NCBI GenBank assembly: GCA_050246755.1
Contig: JBFWVL010000001.1
Span: 192,001 to 256,000 of the forward strand
DNA length: 64,000 nucleotides
Reading direction: 5' to 3'
Origin: Bacteriovoracia bacterium
GTDB taxonomy: Bacteria > Bdellovibrionota > UBA1018 > CAIPTA01
The notes beneath the pieces are model-generated. The model made no database searches. It was not told where the DNA came from and was given only the letters and a program-made list of their open reading frames with translations. Made by a program: the position numbers and the translations under genes. Below are positions 21,038 through 29,980 of the stretch, in pieces (position 1 is the stretch's first letter; each line of letters opens with the position of its first letter).

Positions 21038-21457
21038 ACTAAAAAAACTCATCGCGCAAGCGGTGGGTTTTTTTAGTTTGGGCTTAGAATTCCGAGGAGA
21101 CGAGAACGCAGGACCACCGGTTCGACAAAATCCGCAGGAAGCGGATTTTGCACGCGCAGCCGAAGGCGAGCGCGCGCAAGCGGCAAGGGCGGGACGCCCG
21201 AGCTGAGTCCGGGATCCTGAGCCAACTAAAAAAACTCATCGCGCAAGCGGTGGGTTTTTTTAGTTTGGGCTTAGAATTCCGAGGAGACGAGAACGCAGGA
21301 CCACCGGTTCGACAAAATCCGCAGGAAGCGGATTTTGCACGCGCAGCCGAAGGCGAGCGCGCGCAAGCGGCAAGGGCGGGACGCCCGAGCTGAGTCCGGG
21401 ATCCTGAGCCAACTAAAAAAACTCATCGCGCAAGCGGTGGGTTTTTTTAGTTTGGGC
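21018..21457 (+). repeat. 187-bp tandem repeat (about 2.35 copies), tRNA-linked RtT-like
   Basis: Units start at 21018, 21205 and 21392; each carries the last 20 nt of tRNA-Asn and a terminator, and the two full units add a hairpin-rich segment. Confidence 0.95.
21039..21076. terminator. Bidirectional intrinsic terminator, repeated in each unit
   Basis: ctaaaaaaactcatcgc-gcaa-gcggtgggtttttttag. Confidence 0.85.
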
Positions 21458-21608
21458 CATCTATAAAAAAAGTTTACAAAACCTCCAGCCAGAATTTTCC
21501 GCATCCCAAGCGCTAAAACAGTCACGCCCTCACGCCGCCGTGTACGCGCCTCCGTTCAATTCGCATATATCTCAATTGAAGCTCGGGCGGGCGGGCCTCC
21601 ACTTACTT

Positions 21609-21636
21609 TCAAGGCCAAGCTTTTTTACGTCGATAA
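21609..21636 (+). promoter_or_regulatory. Sigma28 (FliA)-like promoter
   Basis: TCAAG-N15-GTCGATAA. Confidence 0.6.
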
Positions 21637-21657
21637 GTTATCGGAAAGAAAGATTAA

Positions 21658-23055
21658 ATGCGGGCCACTAACCACATTCAGCTACCCCTCACAAAAGCGA
21701 TCACGCTTGCGCTCACGCTCAGCTTTTTTGCACCCGCGATCGCCCGCGCGGAATTTCCCGAAAATCCCTGCCCGGGATTTTTTACCAGGCTCCTACCGCC
21801 GAAAACAAAACCGAATCCGGACCTATACTTCGCCCTCCGCGACGCAAAAATTTCTGACTACTTTCCCGAAACCGTCATGCTCAAGCCCCAGCCGCAAATC
21901 GCGGTGGTCGGCGCGAAGATCACCGACGAAACCTTGATGAAGTTCGAGAAAGATTTCGACTCTCTTCTAAACCAGCGCGCCGCTACCTTCGGCTTTCCCG
22001 CCGAAGATTTCCGCACTTACCTCCGCTCCAAGCACCCGCAGGCCCAGCCTTACCCCGTTTTTGAGCCGCTCTATTTGGAGCAAGCATTCAAGGCAATGGG
22101 GGTAACCCTCGAAGACGTACAGAACGTTTACTTCCTCGAATTCCTCAATGCCTCCAAGAAAAGCACCGTGGCGGAAGTTTTAGATAGAATGCGCATCGCC
22201 GACATCAGCCGTATCGCCCTCACGATGTCGAAAAAGCTCGGCAAAAGAGGCTGGGCGGTTCTCGGCGGCGCCATGGTGGCCGGGCCGGTGGCGGGAATCG
22301 TGAACTCTTTTTTCAGCGCCCCGATGAAACCGATTCTCGAATCTTCCGAGCAGGCCAGCAATATCTTATTCAGCAGCGTAGCGCAGATGGTGCAGCACTT
22401 TACGGGAGAGCGAATCTCCGATCTGCGCTCCCACATGAGCGAAATGAAATCGATCACGGACACGCTGGATAAGTATGATTTCAACGGCATGGACCGGGAA
22501 GAGGCAAAGAAAATCATGGGGCAGCTCGAGGCCCGCTATAATAAAGTTTTCCTGCGCTTCAAGAGCTTCATGCCCCAGTACCAGCAAATCGGCCGGGAAA
22601 TCGTGCGCGACTGGCTCATCATGCAGCCCTTGCAGCTCGCCAACCACGCCTCCACCTTTAATTCCGAATACACCATAAACGAAGCCCTCTTGAGCGCCCT
22701 CGAAGAGAAAATCGCGGTGCGTGGCACGCCGGCCACCGCCAAAGAAAAAGAAACCATGGAGCAGTTCCGCGAAAATATGGAGAGCGCCGAGAACCGGCTG
22801 GCCGTGACCCTCGCATCCTGGAAGCTCTACACTTTCGCATTCGCCGAAGTTTCCCGCCGCCCCACGAATAAAGACGCGAACGCCATGCTGATGGGCACGC
22901 TCACGCGTTACCAAAAATTCATGAACATGGATAAATACCGCAAAGAGCTTTCCGCCAAGATCAAAGAAGCGTTCGAGAATCTCGACCCTTCGTTCTCCGA
23001 CTTGCAGAAGCTGGAAAAGCGCCGGGAGAAAAACCCCGCCCCCGCCGAAGAGTAA
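21658..23055 (+). CDS. Hypothetical secreted alpha-helical protein
   Basis: Signal peptide ending ARA; central hydrophobic Gly-rich segment; helical C-terminal half. Confidence 0.75.
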   Translation: MRATNHIQLPLTKAITLALTLSFFAPAIARAEFPENPCPGFFTRLLPPKTKPNPDLYFALRDAKISDYFPETVMLKPQPQIAVVGAKITDETLMKFEKDFDSLLNQRAATFGFPAEDFRTYLRSKHPQAQPYPVFEPLYLEQAFKAMGVTLEDVQNVYFLEFLNASKKSTVAEVLDRMRIADISRIALTMSKKLGKRGWAVLGGAMVAGPVAGIVNSFFSAPMKPILESSEQASNILFSSVAQMVQHFTGERISDLRSHMSEMKSITDTLDKYDFNGMDREEAKKIMGQLEARYNKVFLRFKSFMPQYQQIGREIVRDWLIMQPLQLANHASTFNSEYTINEALLSALEEKIAVRGTPATAKEKETMEQFRENMESAENRLAVTLASWKLYTFAFAEVSRRPTNKDANAMLMGTLTRYQKFMNMDKYRKELSAKIKEAFENLDPSFSDLQKLEKRREKNPAPAEE

Positions 23056-23274
23056 ATATTTTTTAGTTAAGACACCGCTCTCATGGACAAATTAGCCGAA
23101 GCATTTTTGGCAAGCTTTTCAAGGGATATTTTTACACGGCTCTTACCTGGTAAGTTATCCAGCTCATTGCACCGAGCCGAACGCGTTTTTGTGCGTGAGT
23201 TGTGTATTGCTTGTGGGTAAGTGCTTGAAAATACTTACTGCGGCCCTATTGACTAAGAATTTTTTTTTGTCGAA

Positions 23275-23328
23275 TTGACAGTACCCACCACAACCGATAG
23301 CGTTTTTATATAGGCACAACCACCAGCG
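23275..23328 (+). promoter_or_regulatory. Sigma70 promoter with two NrdR-box-like sites
   Basis: TTGACA-N17-TAGCGT; CACAACCGATAGCG (23289) and CACAACCACCAGCG (23315) resemble the NrdR box, though spaced 26 bp rather than the usual ~31-32. Confidence 0.5.
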
Positions 23329-23647
23329 GTTGGCTCTTCCTAGGGAAACCTAGAAAAGCCTCCCAAAGTAGAAGTCGAGTACGCAGGATGCGAATGACCC
23401 AAGGACGCGGAAGAATTACTCGACTAAGTGACAGCAGAATTGCAATGTCCAAGCTCCTCGCCGCTACACGGTTTTGTCTACGCGCTCTTCGATCCACTGA
23501 GATTTAACGAAGCATTCGCCGCAAAGCGAAGGAGTTTTTTAGTCTCTAAAATCGCAGGGCCACGAGGGGAATTTTTTACTTATTTTAAAGGCTTCAATGG
23601 CCCAAGCATGGGCTTGCGGTAGCTTTTTTGTCAAAAGGGGCATTCAC

Positions 23648-25957
23648 ATGATGGAAGTGATCAAGCGCGACGGAACCAGGGAAACGGTCCGCATGGAAAA
23701 AATTCTCGATGCCGTGAACCGCGCCTGCCGCGGTCTCGACAACGTAGAACCAATCGAAATAGCCAAGCGCACGATCGCCGGCCTCCACAACAGAAGCACC
23801 ACCGAAGAGCTAGATCAGCTCTCCATTTCCAACGCCGTGATGCTCATGGCAGACGAGCCCAACTATTCCAAGGTGGCTTCACGCATGCTCGCCGAAGGCA
23901 TCTGCAAAGAAGTGGGCCGCAATAATGTGTTTTCCGACTACGTAGAAACCGCCTTCGAGCAAGGCCTTCTCAGCGGACACGTAATGGAGCTCGTGCAGGC
24001 GAATTCTCAGGCGATCGATTTCGCCATCCGCAATGAGCGCGACGATCTCTTCGAATACTTCGGCCTCAAAACCGTAAAAGACCGTTACTTACTGCGTCAC
24101 CCGAAAACACGCAAGATCATCGAGCGCCCCCAGTGGCTCTTCATGCGCGTGGCCCTTGGCCTTTCGCAAAATATCTCCGAGGCGATCGAGTTCTACGACA
24201 TCATCAGCCAATTTCTTTACATGCCTTCCACGCCCACTCTCTTCAACTCGGGCACGCGCCATCCACAGATGAGCTCTTGTTACCTGCTCACCGTGGCCGA
24301 TGATTCGCTCGATGGTATTTATAAATCCATCACCGACTGCGCGCGCCTCTCGAAATTCTCGGGCGGTATCGGCATCGACTGGACCCCCGTGCGCGCTTCC
24401 GGATCTTTGATCCGCGGCACCAACGGCCTCTCGAACGGAATCGTCCCCTTTATGAAGGTGTTCGATTCTTCCGTCCATGCCGTGAACCAAGGCGGAAAGC
24501 GTAAAGGTGCCGCCGCCGTTTACCTCGAGCCCTGGCATGCCGATATCGAAACTTTCCTCGAGCTCCGCAACAACACGGGCTCCGAGGAGCGCCGCACCCA
24601 TAACTTGAACTTAGCTCTCTGGGTTCCGGATCTGTTCATGAAGCGGGTGGAAACCGACCAGCCCTGGAGCCTTTTCTCTCCTAGCGACTGCCCGGAGCTC
24701 CTCGATTGCTTCGGCCCCGAATTCGATAAGCGCTACGAGGCCGCGGAAGCCGCCGGCAAGGCGATGAAGTCGATCTCGGCCCGCGCGCTCTACGCCCGCA
24801 TGATCCAAACCTTGGCCGAAACTGGCAACGGCTGGATGTGCTTTAAGGACAAGGCCAACCTTCGTTCCGCCCAAACGGCGAAAGCCGGAAACGTGATCCA
24901 CTCTTCCAACCTCTGCACGGAGATCCTCGAAGTCACGAACGCCGGCGAGACGGCCGTATGTAACCTCGGCTCCGTGAACCTTGCGGCCTACGTGAAAAAT
25001 GGAAGCTTCGACTACGACCTCCTCCGTAAGGTAGTGAACGTGGCCACGAAATTCCTCGATCGCGTGGTAGACATCAATTTCTATCCCACGGTGGAATCCA
25101 AAACTTCCAATAACAAATGGCGTCCCGTGGGCCTGGGCATCATGGGCCTGCAGGATGCGTTCTTCCGCATGAAGCTCCCCTTCACCTCGGAAAAGGCCCG
25201 CGATATGTCGGCCCGCATCCAGGAAACCATATACTACCAAGCCCTCACCACCAGCATGCGCCTGGCGAAAGAGCATGGCGCCTTCGAAGAGTTCGCGAAC
25301 TCCCGCTACGCGCAGGGAAAACTGCAAGTACAACTGGCTGAAGAGCTTCAGGCCGAAATGCCCGAGCTTCACTTCGACTGGGACACGCTTGCCAAAGAAG
25401 TGCAGAAGAACGGCCTGCGCAACTCGCTCTTGATCGCGATCGCGCCTACCGCCACGATTGCTTCCTTGGTGGGTTCATTTGAAAGCATCGAGCCGCAGAT
25501 CTCCAACTTCTTCAAGCGCGAAACCCTGAGTGGCGAATTTCTGCAGGTAAATAAATACCTCATTCTCGACCTCAAGGCCCGCGGCCTCTGGAACGACAAT
25601 ATCCGTGGAAAAATCATCACCGCCGATGGCTCCATCCAGAACATCGACGAAATTCCCCAGGATGTGAAAGATCTCTATCGCACGGTTTGGGAAACGCCGC
25701 AGAAAGACCTCATCGACATGGCCGTGGAGCGCTCTGCCTTCGTTTGCCAGTCCCAGAGTCTCAATCTTTTCATGGAAAACCCGAATATCGGCAAGCTCTC
25801 TTCCATGTACATGTACGCCTGGAAGCAAGGGGTGAAAACCACCTATTACCTGCGCTCCCGCGCCAAAACGGCGATCCAGAAAACGACCGTTACCGAGAGC
25901 GAAGAAGCCGTAGTCTGCTCGCTCGAAAACCCGGAAAGCTGCGAAGCCTGCACCTAA
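23648..25957 (+). CDS. nrdA: Ribonucleotide reductase class Ia alpha subunit with ATP cone
   Basis: VIKRDG ATP cone, PTLFNSG, SSCYL, SNLCTEI, VCNLGS, TTYYLR, C-terminal CEAC; GGGG RBS before ATG 23648. Confidence 0.96.
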   Translation: MMEVIKRDGTRETVRMEKILDAVNRACRGLDNVEPIEIAKRTIAGLHNRSTTEELDQLSISNAVMLMADEPNYSKVASRMLAEGICKEVGRNNVFSDYVETAFEQGLLSGHVMELVQANSQAIDFAIRNERDDLFEYFGLKTVKDRYLLRHPKTRKIIERPQWLFMRVALGLSQNISEAIEFYDIISQFLYMPSTPTLFNSGTRHPQMSSCYLLTVADDSLDGIYKSITDCARLSKFSGGIGIDWTPVRASGSLIRGTNGLSNGIVPFMKVFDSSVHAVNQGGKRKGAAAVYLEPWHADIETFLELRNNTGSEERRTHNLNLALWVPDLFMKRVETDQPWSLFSPSDCPELLDCFGPEFDKRYEAAEAAGKAMKSISARALYARMIQTLAETGNGWMCFKDKANLRSAQTAKAGNVIHSSNLCTEILEVTNAGETAVCNLGSVNLAAYVKNGSFDYDLLRKVVNVATKFLDRVVDINFYPTVESKTSNNKWRPVGLGIMGLQDAFFRMKLPFTSEKARDMSARIQETIYYQALTTSMRLAKEHGAFEEFANSRYAQGKLQVQLAEELQAEMPELHFDWDTLAKEVQKNGLRNSLLIAIAPTATIASLVGSFESIEPQISNFFKRETLSGEFLQVNKYLILDLKARGLWNDNIRGKIITADGSIQNIDEIPQDVKDLYRTVWETPQKDLIDMAVERSAFVCQSQSLNLFMENPNIGKLSSMYMYAWKQGVKTTYYLRSRAKTAIQKTTVTESEEAVVCSLENPESCEACT

Positions 25958-25992
25958 TAAAACTTTAACGACTTGCTCTCAGGAGATAAAGA

Positions 25993-27000
25993 ATGATCCT
26001 TAATCCAGACCTCGACCTCACGTTACGCCCGATGAAGTATCCCCAGTTTTTTCAGCTCTATAAGGACTCGCTGAAAAATATCTGGACCACCGATGAGCTC
26101 GACTTCTCGATCGACTTCGAGCACCTCCGCGATAAAGTTACGCCCCAGGAAGCGCACCTCATCAAGCGCCTCGTGGCCTTCTTCGCCACTGCCGATAATA
26201 TCGTGGCGCATAACCTCGTGCTTAACTTCTACAAGCATATCAACTCACCCGAGTTCCGCATGTTCCTCGGCAAGCAGCTCTTCGACGAAATGCTCCACGT
26301 AGAAACCTACCTCCTACTCGTGGACAACTATATCCCCGACATGGAAGAACGCCGCCAGGCCTTCGATGCCTTCAAGAATATCCCCTCGGTAAAAAAGAAG
26401 GCCGACTTCTGCTTCAAATACATGGACTCAATCGACAAGATCGACCGCCTCGATACCGACGAGAAGCGCCGCCAGTTCATCGAGAACCTCGTTTGCTTCG
26501 CGGCTTGCGTGGAAGGGCTCTTCTTCTTCGGCTCCTTCGCCTACGTTTACTACCTGCGCAACCGCGGCATCCTTCCCGGCCTGGCCACCGCCACGAACTG
26601 GGTATTCCGCGATGAAACCATGCATATTGAAGCCGCGATGGGCGCCCTGGCCACCATCAAGCAAGAGTACCCTCACCTCTTCGACGCCGCCCTCGAGAAA
26701 AAAATCCATCTCATGATCGAGGAAGCCCTCGAGGTAGAAATGAACTTCTGCACCGACGCTCTTTCCCATGGCGTTACGGGCCTTTCGCCGGCTTTGATGT
26801 ATGAATACCTGCAGTACGTGGCCGATCAGCGGCTCGTGCAGCTCGGCTTCAAAAAGCGTTACCTGGCGAAGAACCCATTCAGTTTCATGGTGCTGCAAGA
26901 CGTGCAGCCCCTCACGAATTTCTTCGAGAAGAAAGTTACCGAATACCAAAAAGGCTTCGAGGCAAAATCGAGCTCCGTGGTTTTCGACGCTTCTTTCTAA
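25993..27000 (+). CDS. nrdB: Ribonucleotide reductase class Ia beta subunit
   Basis: FFATAD, EMLHVETY (radical Tyr), VEGLFF, RDETMH, NFFEKKVTEY. Confidence 0.96.
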   Translation: MILNPDLDLTLRPMKYPQFFQLYKDSLKNIWTTDELDFSIDFEHLRDKVTPQEAHLIKRLVAFFATADNIVAHNLVLNFYKHINSPEFRMFLGKQLFDEMLHVETYLLLVDNYIPDMEERRQAFDAFKNIPSVKKKADFCFKYMDSIDKIDRLDTDEKRRQFIENLVCFAACVEGLFFFGSFAYVYYLRNRGILPGLATATNWVFRDETMHIEAAMGALATIKQEYPHLFDAALEKKIHLMIEEALEVEMNFCTDALSHGVTGLSPALMYEYLQYVADQRLVQLGFKKRYLAKNPFSFMVLQDVQPLTNFFEKKVTEYQKGFEAKSSSVVFDASF

Positions 27001-27012
27001 AGAACCAGCTTA

Positions 27013-27054
27013 AAAACAAAAGGGGCGCCGGTTCACCGGCGCCCCTTTTGTTTT
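27013..27054. terminator. Bidirectional intrinsic terminator
   Basis: aaaacaaaaggggcgccgg-ttca-ccggcgccccttttgtttt. Confidence 0.92.
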
Positions 27055-27067
27055 GGCTTCAGTAAAA

Positions 27068-27343
27068 CTACTTCACCTTTTTTGCTTTGCCTTTTTTGCC
27101 CTTGTGGTGCTCGGGGTGGCCGCAACCGCAATCTTTTCCTGGCGCCATCGCATCGGCCTTCTGCTCACTGCAAGATCCGTTTTCCATCCCGCAAGAATGC
27201 TCCGCTCCGCCGCAGCCGCAGCCCTCGCTGATTTTCTGGGCCTGCATATTGGAATCCGTTAAGCCATTGCTCACTACGTCGCCGCCTTTTTGCGCGCAGC
27301 CAGTTAACGCCAAGCAAACCAGCGCCGCTAATAAAAACTTCAT
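27068..27343 (-). CDS. Small Cys/His-rich lipoprotein (91 aa)
   Basis: Lipobox LTGC; two CGCG motifs; ATGA overlap with upstream gene and GAGGAG RBS. Confidence 0.75.
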   Translation of the reverse strand: MKFLLAALVCLALTGCAQKGGDVVSNGLTDSNMQAQKISEGCGCGGAEHSCGMENGSCSEQKADAMAPGKDCGCGHPEHHKGKKGKAKKVK

Positions 27344-28260
27344 TTTATCTCCTCTGCAGTATGAAAAAAGAACTGCATATTTAATTGGCAAACATCTTTA
27401 CTATCGTCGTCACAGAAATCCTTATCGAATTTATCACGGAACTCGCGAATGGCTTTCTTAATTTCGGGCAATTTTTTACGGCTCACTCGTAACGTCAGGC
27501 AGGTAAATTCCCGGTCCGTCATCGGCTGACGCTGCAGAGCCTCCTTAGCCTGGTCCATCTGCTCGCTATGATGTTTCCTCACCGCGGCGGAAGGAATATC
27601 GGCCATGGTAATCAATGATTCTGATCCATTCGCCAACCTTAGTTTTCCGCCGGCATCGCGTTCAATTAATTTGAGGCGCTCGAGCAATTCCAAGGAAGTC
27701 ACTACCTCCTCTACGCTCACCTTGTTTCCCAGCTTCGCAGCAATCCATTCAGGCGAGTCCTTAAAGCCTGGCGCCGAAAATAACTGGCGGATCACGTAGT
27801 GGTGCCAACCCGACACGTAACTAAATACTTCGGTATCAATCGCCTTTCGACGAATCAATTTAGGATTCAGCTTCAGCAACTCATCCGCAATCGCCTTGGG
27901 CACGTTACCCTTGTGTTTTTCTTTTCTAACCAGCAGTTCGAAATAGCGGCGCTCGGCTTCCGAATGATCTAAATCCATGGAAAAAGCCAAAATCAAATCT
28001 TCCGAAGGCAGTCTTTGCCCTTTGAGCACCATCGCGATGCTGCGGGGAGAACGATAATTCAATTTTTTCGCCCAGCGCTCCAGCGTAATTGGGCGCTTCA
28101 GGCCGGGATAGTTACAGCGAACGTGATTGAGGTAATTGCGAAAGTCGTCGAATTCAAACACGGTCATAGCTTCAGGCGTCTCGAGTGCGGGGTAAGAGTT
28201 TCCGCGCTGGTTCCAGGTCGGTTGAAGGTCGGTGTCAGTAAATAGTTTTATTGCTTCCAT
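27340..28260 (-). CDS. TIGR02147/DUF4423-family HTH protein (second paralog)
   Basis: VFEFDDFRNYL, VLKGQR.P, YFELLV, W.HYVIR, H.EQM..A, QLNMQFF; start 28260 or 28167. Confidence 0.85.
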   Translation of the reverse strand: MEAIKLFTDTDLQPTWNQRGNSYPALETPEAMTVFEFDDFRNYLNHVRCNYPGLKRPITLERWAKKLNYRSPRSIAMVLKGQRLPSEDLILAFSMDLDHSEAERRYFELLVRKEKHKGNVPKAIADELLKLNPKLIRRKAIDTEVFSYVSGWHHYVIRQLFSAPGFKDSPEWIAAKLGNKVSVEEVVTSLELLERLKLIERDAGGKLRLANGSESLITMADIPSAAVRKHHSEQMDQAKEALQRQPMTDREFTCLTLRVSRKKLPEIKKAIREFRDKFDKDFCDDDSKDVCQLNMQFFFHTAEEIK

Positions 28261-28457
28261 GCCCCTAGAATCAGCCAGGCAGCCCAAATCCTCTAGCAAC
28301 ATAGCGCCTTCGGCGGAGCGGGAAGCGTAAATGGCGCACATCCTGTGCGCCGATCTCAGGATGGCCGATTTTGGCGGATTGCACAATAGCCCCACTAGAA
28401 AACATTGCTCCGGCTTAGAAAATTGAATTTCTCCCCCGAAAATGCCATAGCTGAAAC

Positions 28458-29357
28458 ATGCCCTCTAAATACGAAAGTGCCATGACTATGGCCATTAATG
28501 CGGCCGAAAAATTCCATGGTGCCACCACTCCACTTCCTCCCGCGGGCGCCATCGCGCTCGACAAAGGCGGCAAAGTTCTCCTCGGAGCGGCACTCCAGTC
28601 GGCCGAAAGCCCTTCCGCCGAAGCAAAACTTTTAGATTTAGCGCAAAAGCTCGGCAAATTGGCCACGATCGAAACCCTGGTCTGCACTCTCGAGCCCGAA
28701 GCCGAGCTCATTTTGAAGCATAAGAATATTCGCCGCGTGGTGCTCGGCGCGAAGAATCCAAAAGGCGGGACCGCGATCGAAAAACTGCGCAAGGCCGGAG
28801 TGGAAATCCTGGAAGGAACGGTTCAACAAGAATGTGAATTCCTCATCCGGGCCTTCACAAAATTCCAGCGCACCGGAAAGCCCTACGTCACGCTCAAGGG
28901 TGCATTCACCACCGAGGGCGCACAAAAAGCACTCAGTTCCAAACCCTCGCTTATTTTTTCCCACGAGCTCCGCCGGCGCTGCGATGCCATCTGGACCTCC
29001 AGCGGCACCGTGCTCGCGGAGAAACCCGATCTATCTGTGTCCTGGGTTCCTGACCATCCGCAAAAAAAGCGCCAGCTCGTTTTATCCGACCGCCGACGAC
29101 GAATACCCCCTGAGTGGATAGCCCGCACTAAAGCCAGCGGCTTTACTGCTCCCCACTTTGCCGAAAGCCTAGAGCAAGGGCTAGAATTCCTCGGCAAAAA
29201 AAATGTTTTAGAAGTGCTCGTAGAAGCAGGCCCTACGCTGCGCGACGCATGGCTAGAAAGCGGTCTTTGGGACGAATCTGTGGTATTTCTACAAGGCGAA
29301 GGCGACGCTGACGACGAGATCGATATTCAGTTTCGCCATGAAACAGGAGAAGACTGA
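28458..29357 (+). CDS. RibD-like deaminase/reductase, degenerate
   Basis: RibD layout recognisable (TLEP, RRVVLG, PYVTLK, DAI..GTVLA, VEAGPTL) but HAE is SAE and the PC-x8-C zinc loop is deleted. Confidence 0.8.
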   Translation: MPSKYESAMTMAINAAEKFHGATTPLPPAGAIALDKGGKVLLGAALQSAESPSAEAKLLDLAQKLGKLATIETLVCTLEPEAELILKHKNIRRVVLGAKNPKGGTAIEKLRKAGVEILEGTVQQECEFLIRAFTKFQRTGKPYVTLKGAFTTEGAQKALSSKPSLIFSHELRRRCDAIWTSSGTVLAEKPDLSVSWVPDHPQKKRQLVLSDRRRRIPPEWIARTKASGFTAPHFAESLEQGLEFLGKKNVLEVLVEAGPTLRDAWLESGLWDESVVFLQGEGDADDEIDIQFRHETGED

Positions 29358-29977
29358 TGTTCACTGGCACGATTGAGCAAACCGGAAAAATTATCAGCAT
29401 CGACGACCGCCGCGGCCAGCGCCGCATCGTAGTACAGACCCGATGGGAAGATTTAGCCTTAGGTGAGAGCATATCTCTAAACGGGGTGAGTCTCACAGTG
29501 GCCGAAGTTACCTCCCAGCATCAGGCTCAATTTTTACTCAGCGAGGAAATCCTCGAGCGCACCACGCTGAATAAGCTAGAACCGGAAATGAAAGTAAATC
29601 TCGAGCGCGCCCCCACTCCCTCCACTCGCCTCAGCGGCCACTTCGTTCAAGGCAGCATCGACGCCAAGGGCCTCATCCTCAATTTGGTGGAATCCGAAGG
29701 CGCGCACAAATTGACCGTGGCGCTCGACGCCAAGTATGGCCGCTACTGCGTGGAAAGAGGCTCGATCGCAATTGAAGGCGTAAGCCTAACGATCCATTCG
29801 CTCACCGAAACCAAGCTCAACGAATTCATGATCACCTGCGCGATCGCTCCCCAAGTTTGGAAAAATACGAATTTCTCGAACTTGAAAATTGCCGATGCCG
29901 TGAACGTAGAAGTGGATGTGCTCGCCAAGTACATCGAAAAACTGAATCCCCAACTCGCTTTGACGCCCGCGAACTAG
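29357..29977 (+). CDS. Riboflavin synthase (alpha chain)-like protein with substituted active-site motifs
   Basis: MFTG start, duplicated barrel, VNLER, GHFVQG, VNVEVD..AKY. Confidence 0.85.
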   Translation: MFTGTIEQTGKIISIDDRRGQRRIVVQTRWEDLALGESISLNGVSLTVAEVTSQHQAQFLLSEEILERTTLNKLEPEMKVNLERAPTPSTRLSGHFVQGSIDAKGLILNLVESEGAHKLTVALDAKYGRYCVERGSIAIEGVSLTIHSLTETKLNEFMITCAIAPQVWKNTNFSNLKIADAVNVEVDVLAKYIEKLNPQLALTPAN

Positions 29978-29980
29978 CGT

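Noticed and set aside
21018-21457. CRISPR array
   Set aside because: Units are 187 bp and identical throughout with no variable spacers, and there are no cas genes
21003-21525. Short ORFs across the tRNA repeat
   Set aside because: They overlap the tRNA and terminators and merely mirror the repeat
21018-23055. Integrated element with attL/attR at tRNA-Asn
   Set aside because: The tRNA 3' duplications are only 187 bp apart, with no integrase or cargo and no further copy downstream
23304-23647. Cobalamin riboswitch ahead of nrdAB
   Set aside because: GGGAA is present but the GGTG/CCC..ACTGT and GCCACTG...AGCCAG elements are not
23648-27000. Intein or intron in nrdA/nrdB
   Set aside because: Both ORFs are continuous and of normal length, with no inserted domain
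28261-28457. FMN riboswitch upstream of the ribD-like gene
   Set aside because: No AGGGCGGGGTGAAATTCCC-like RFN core
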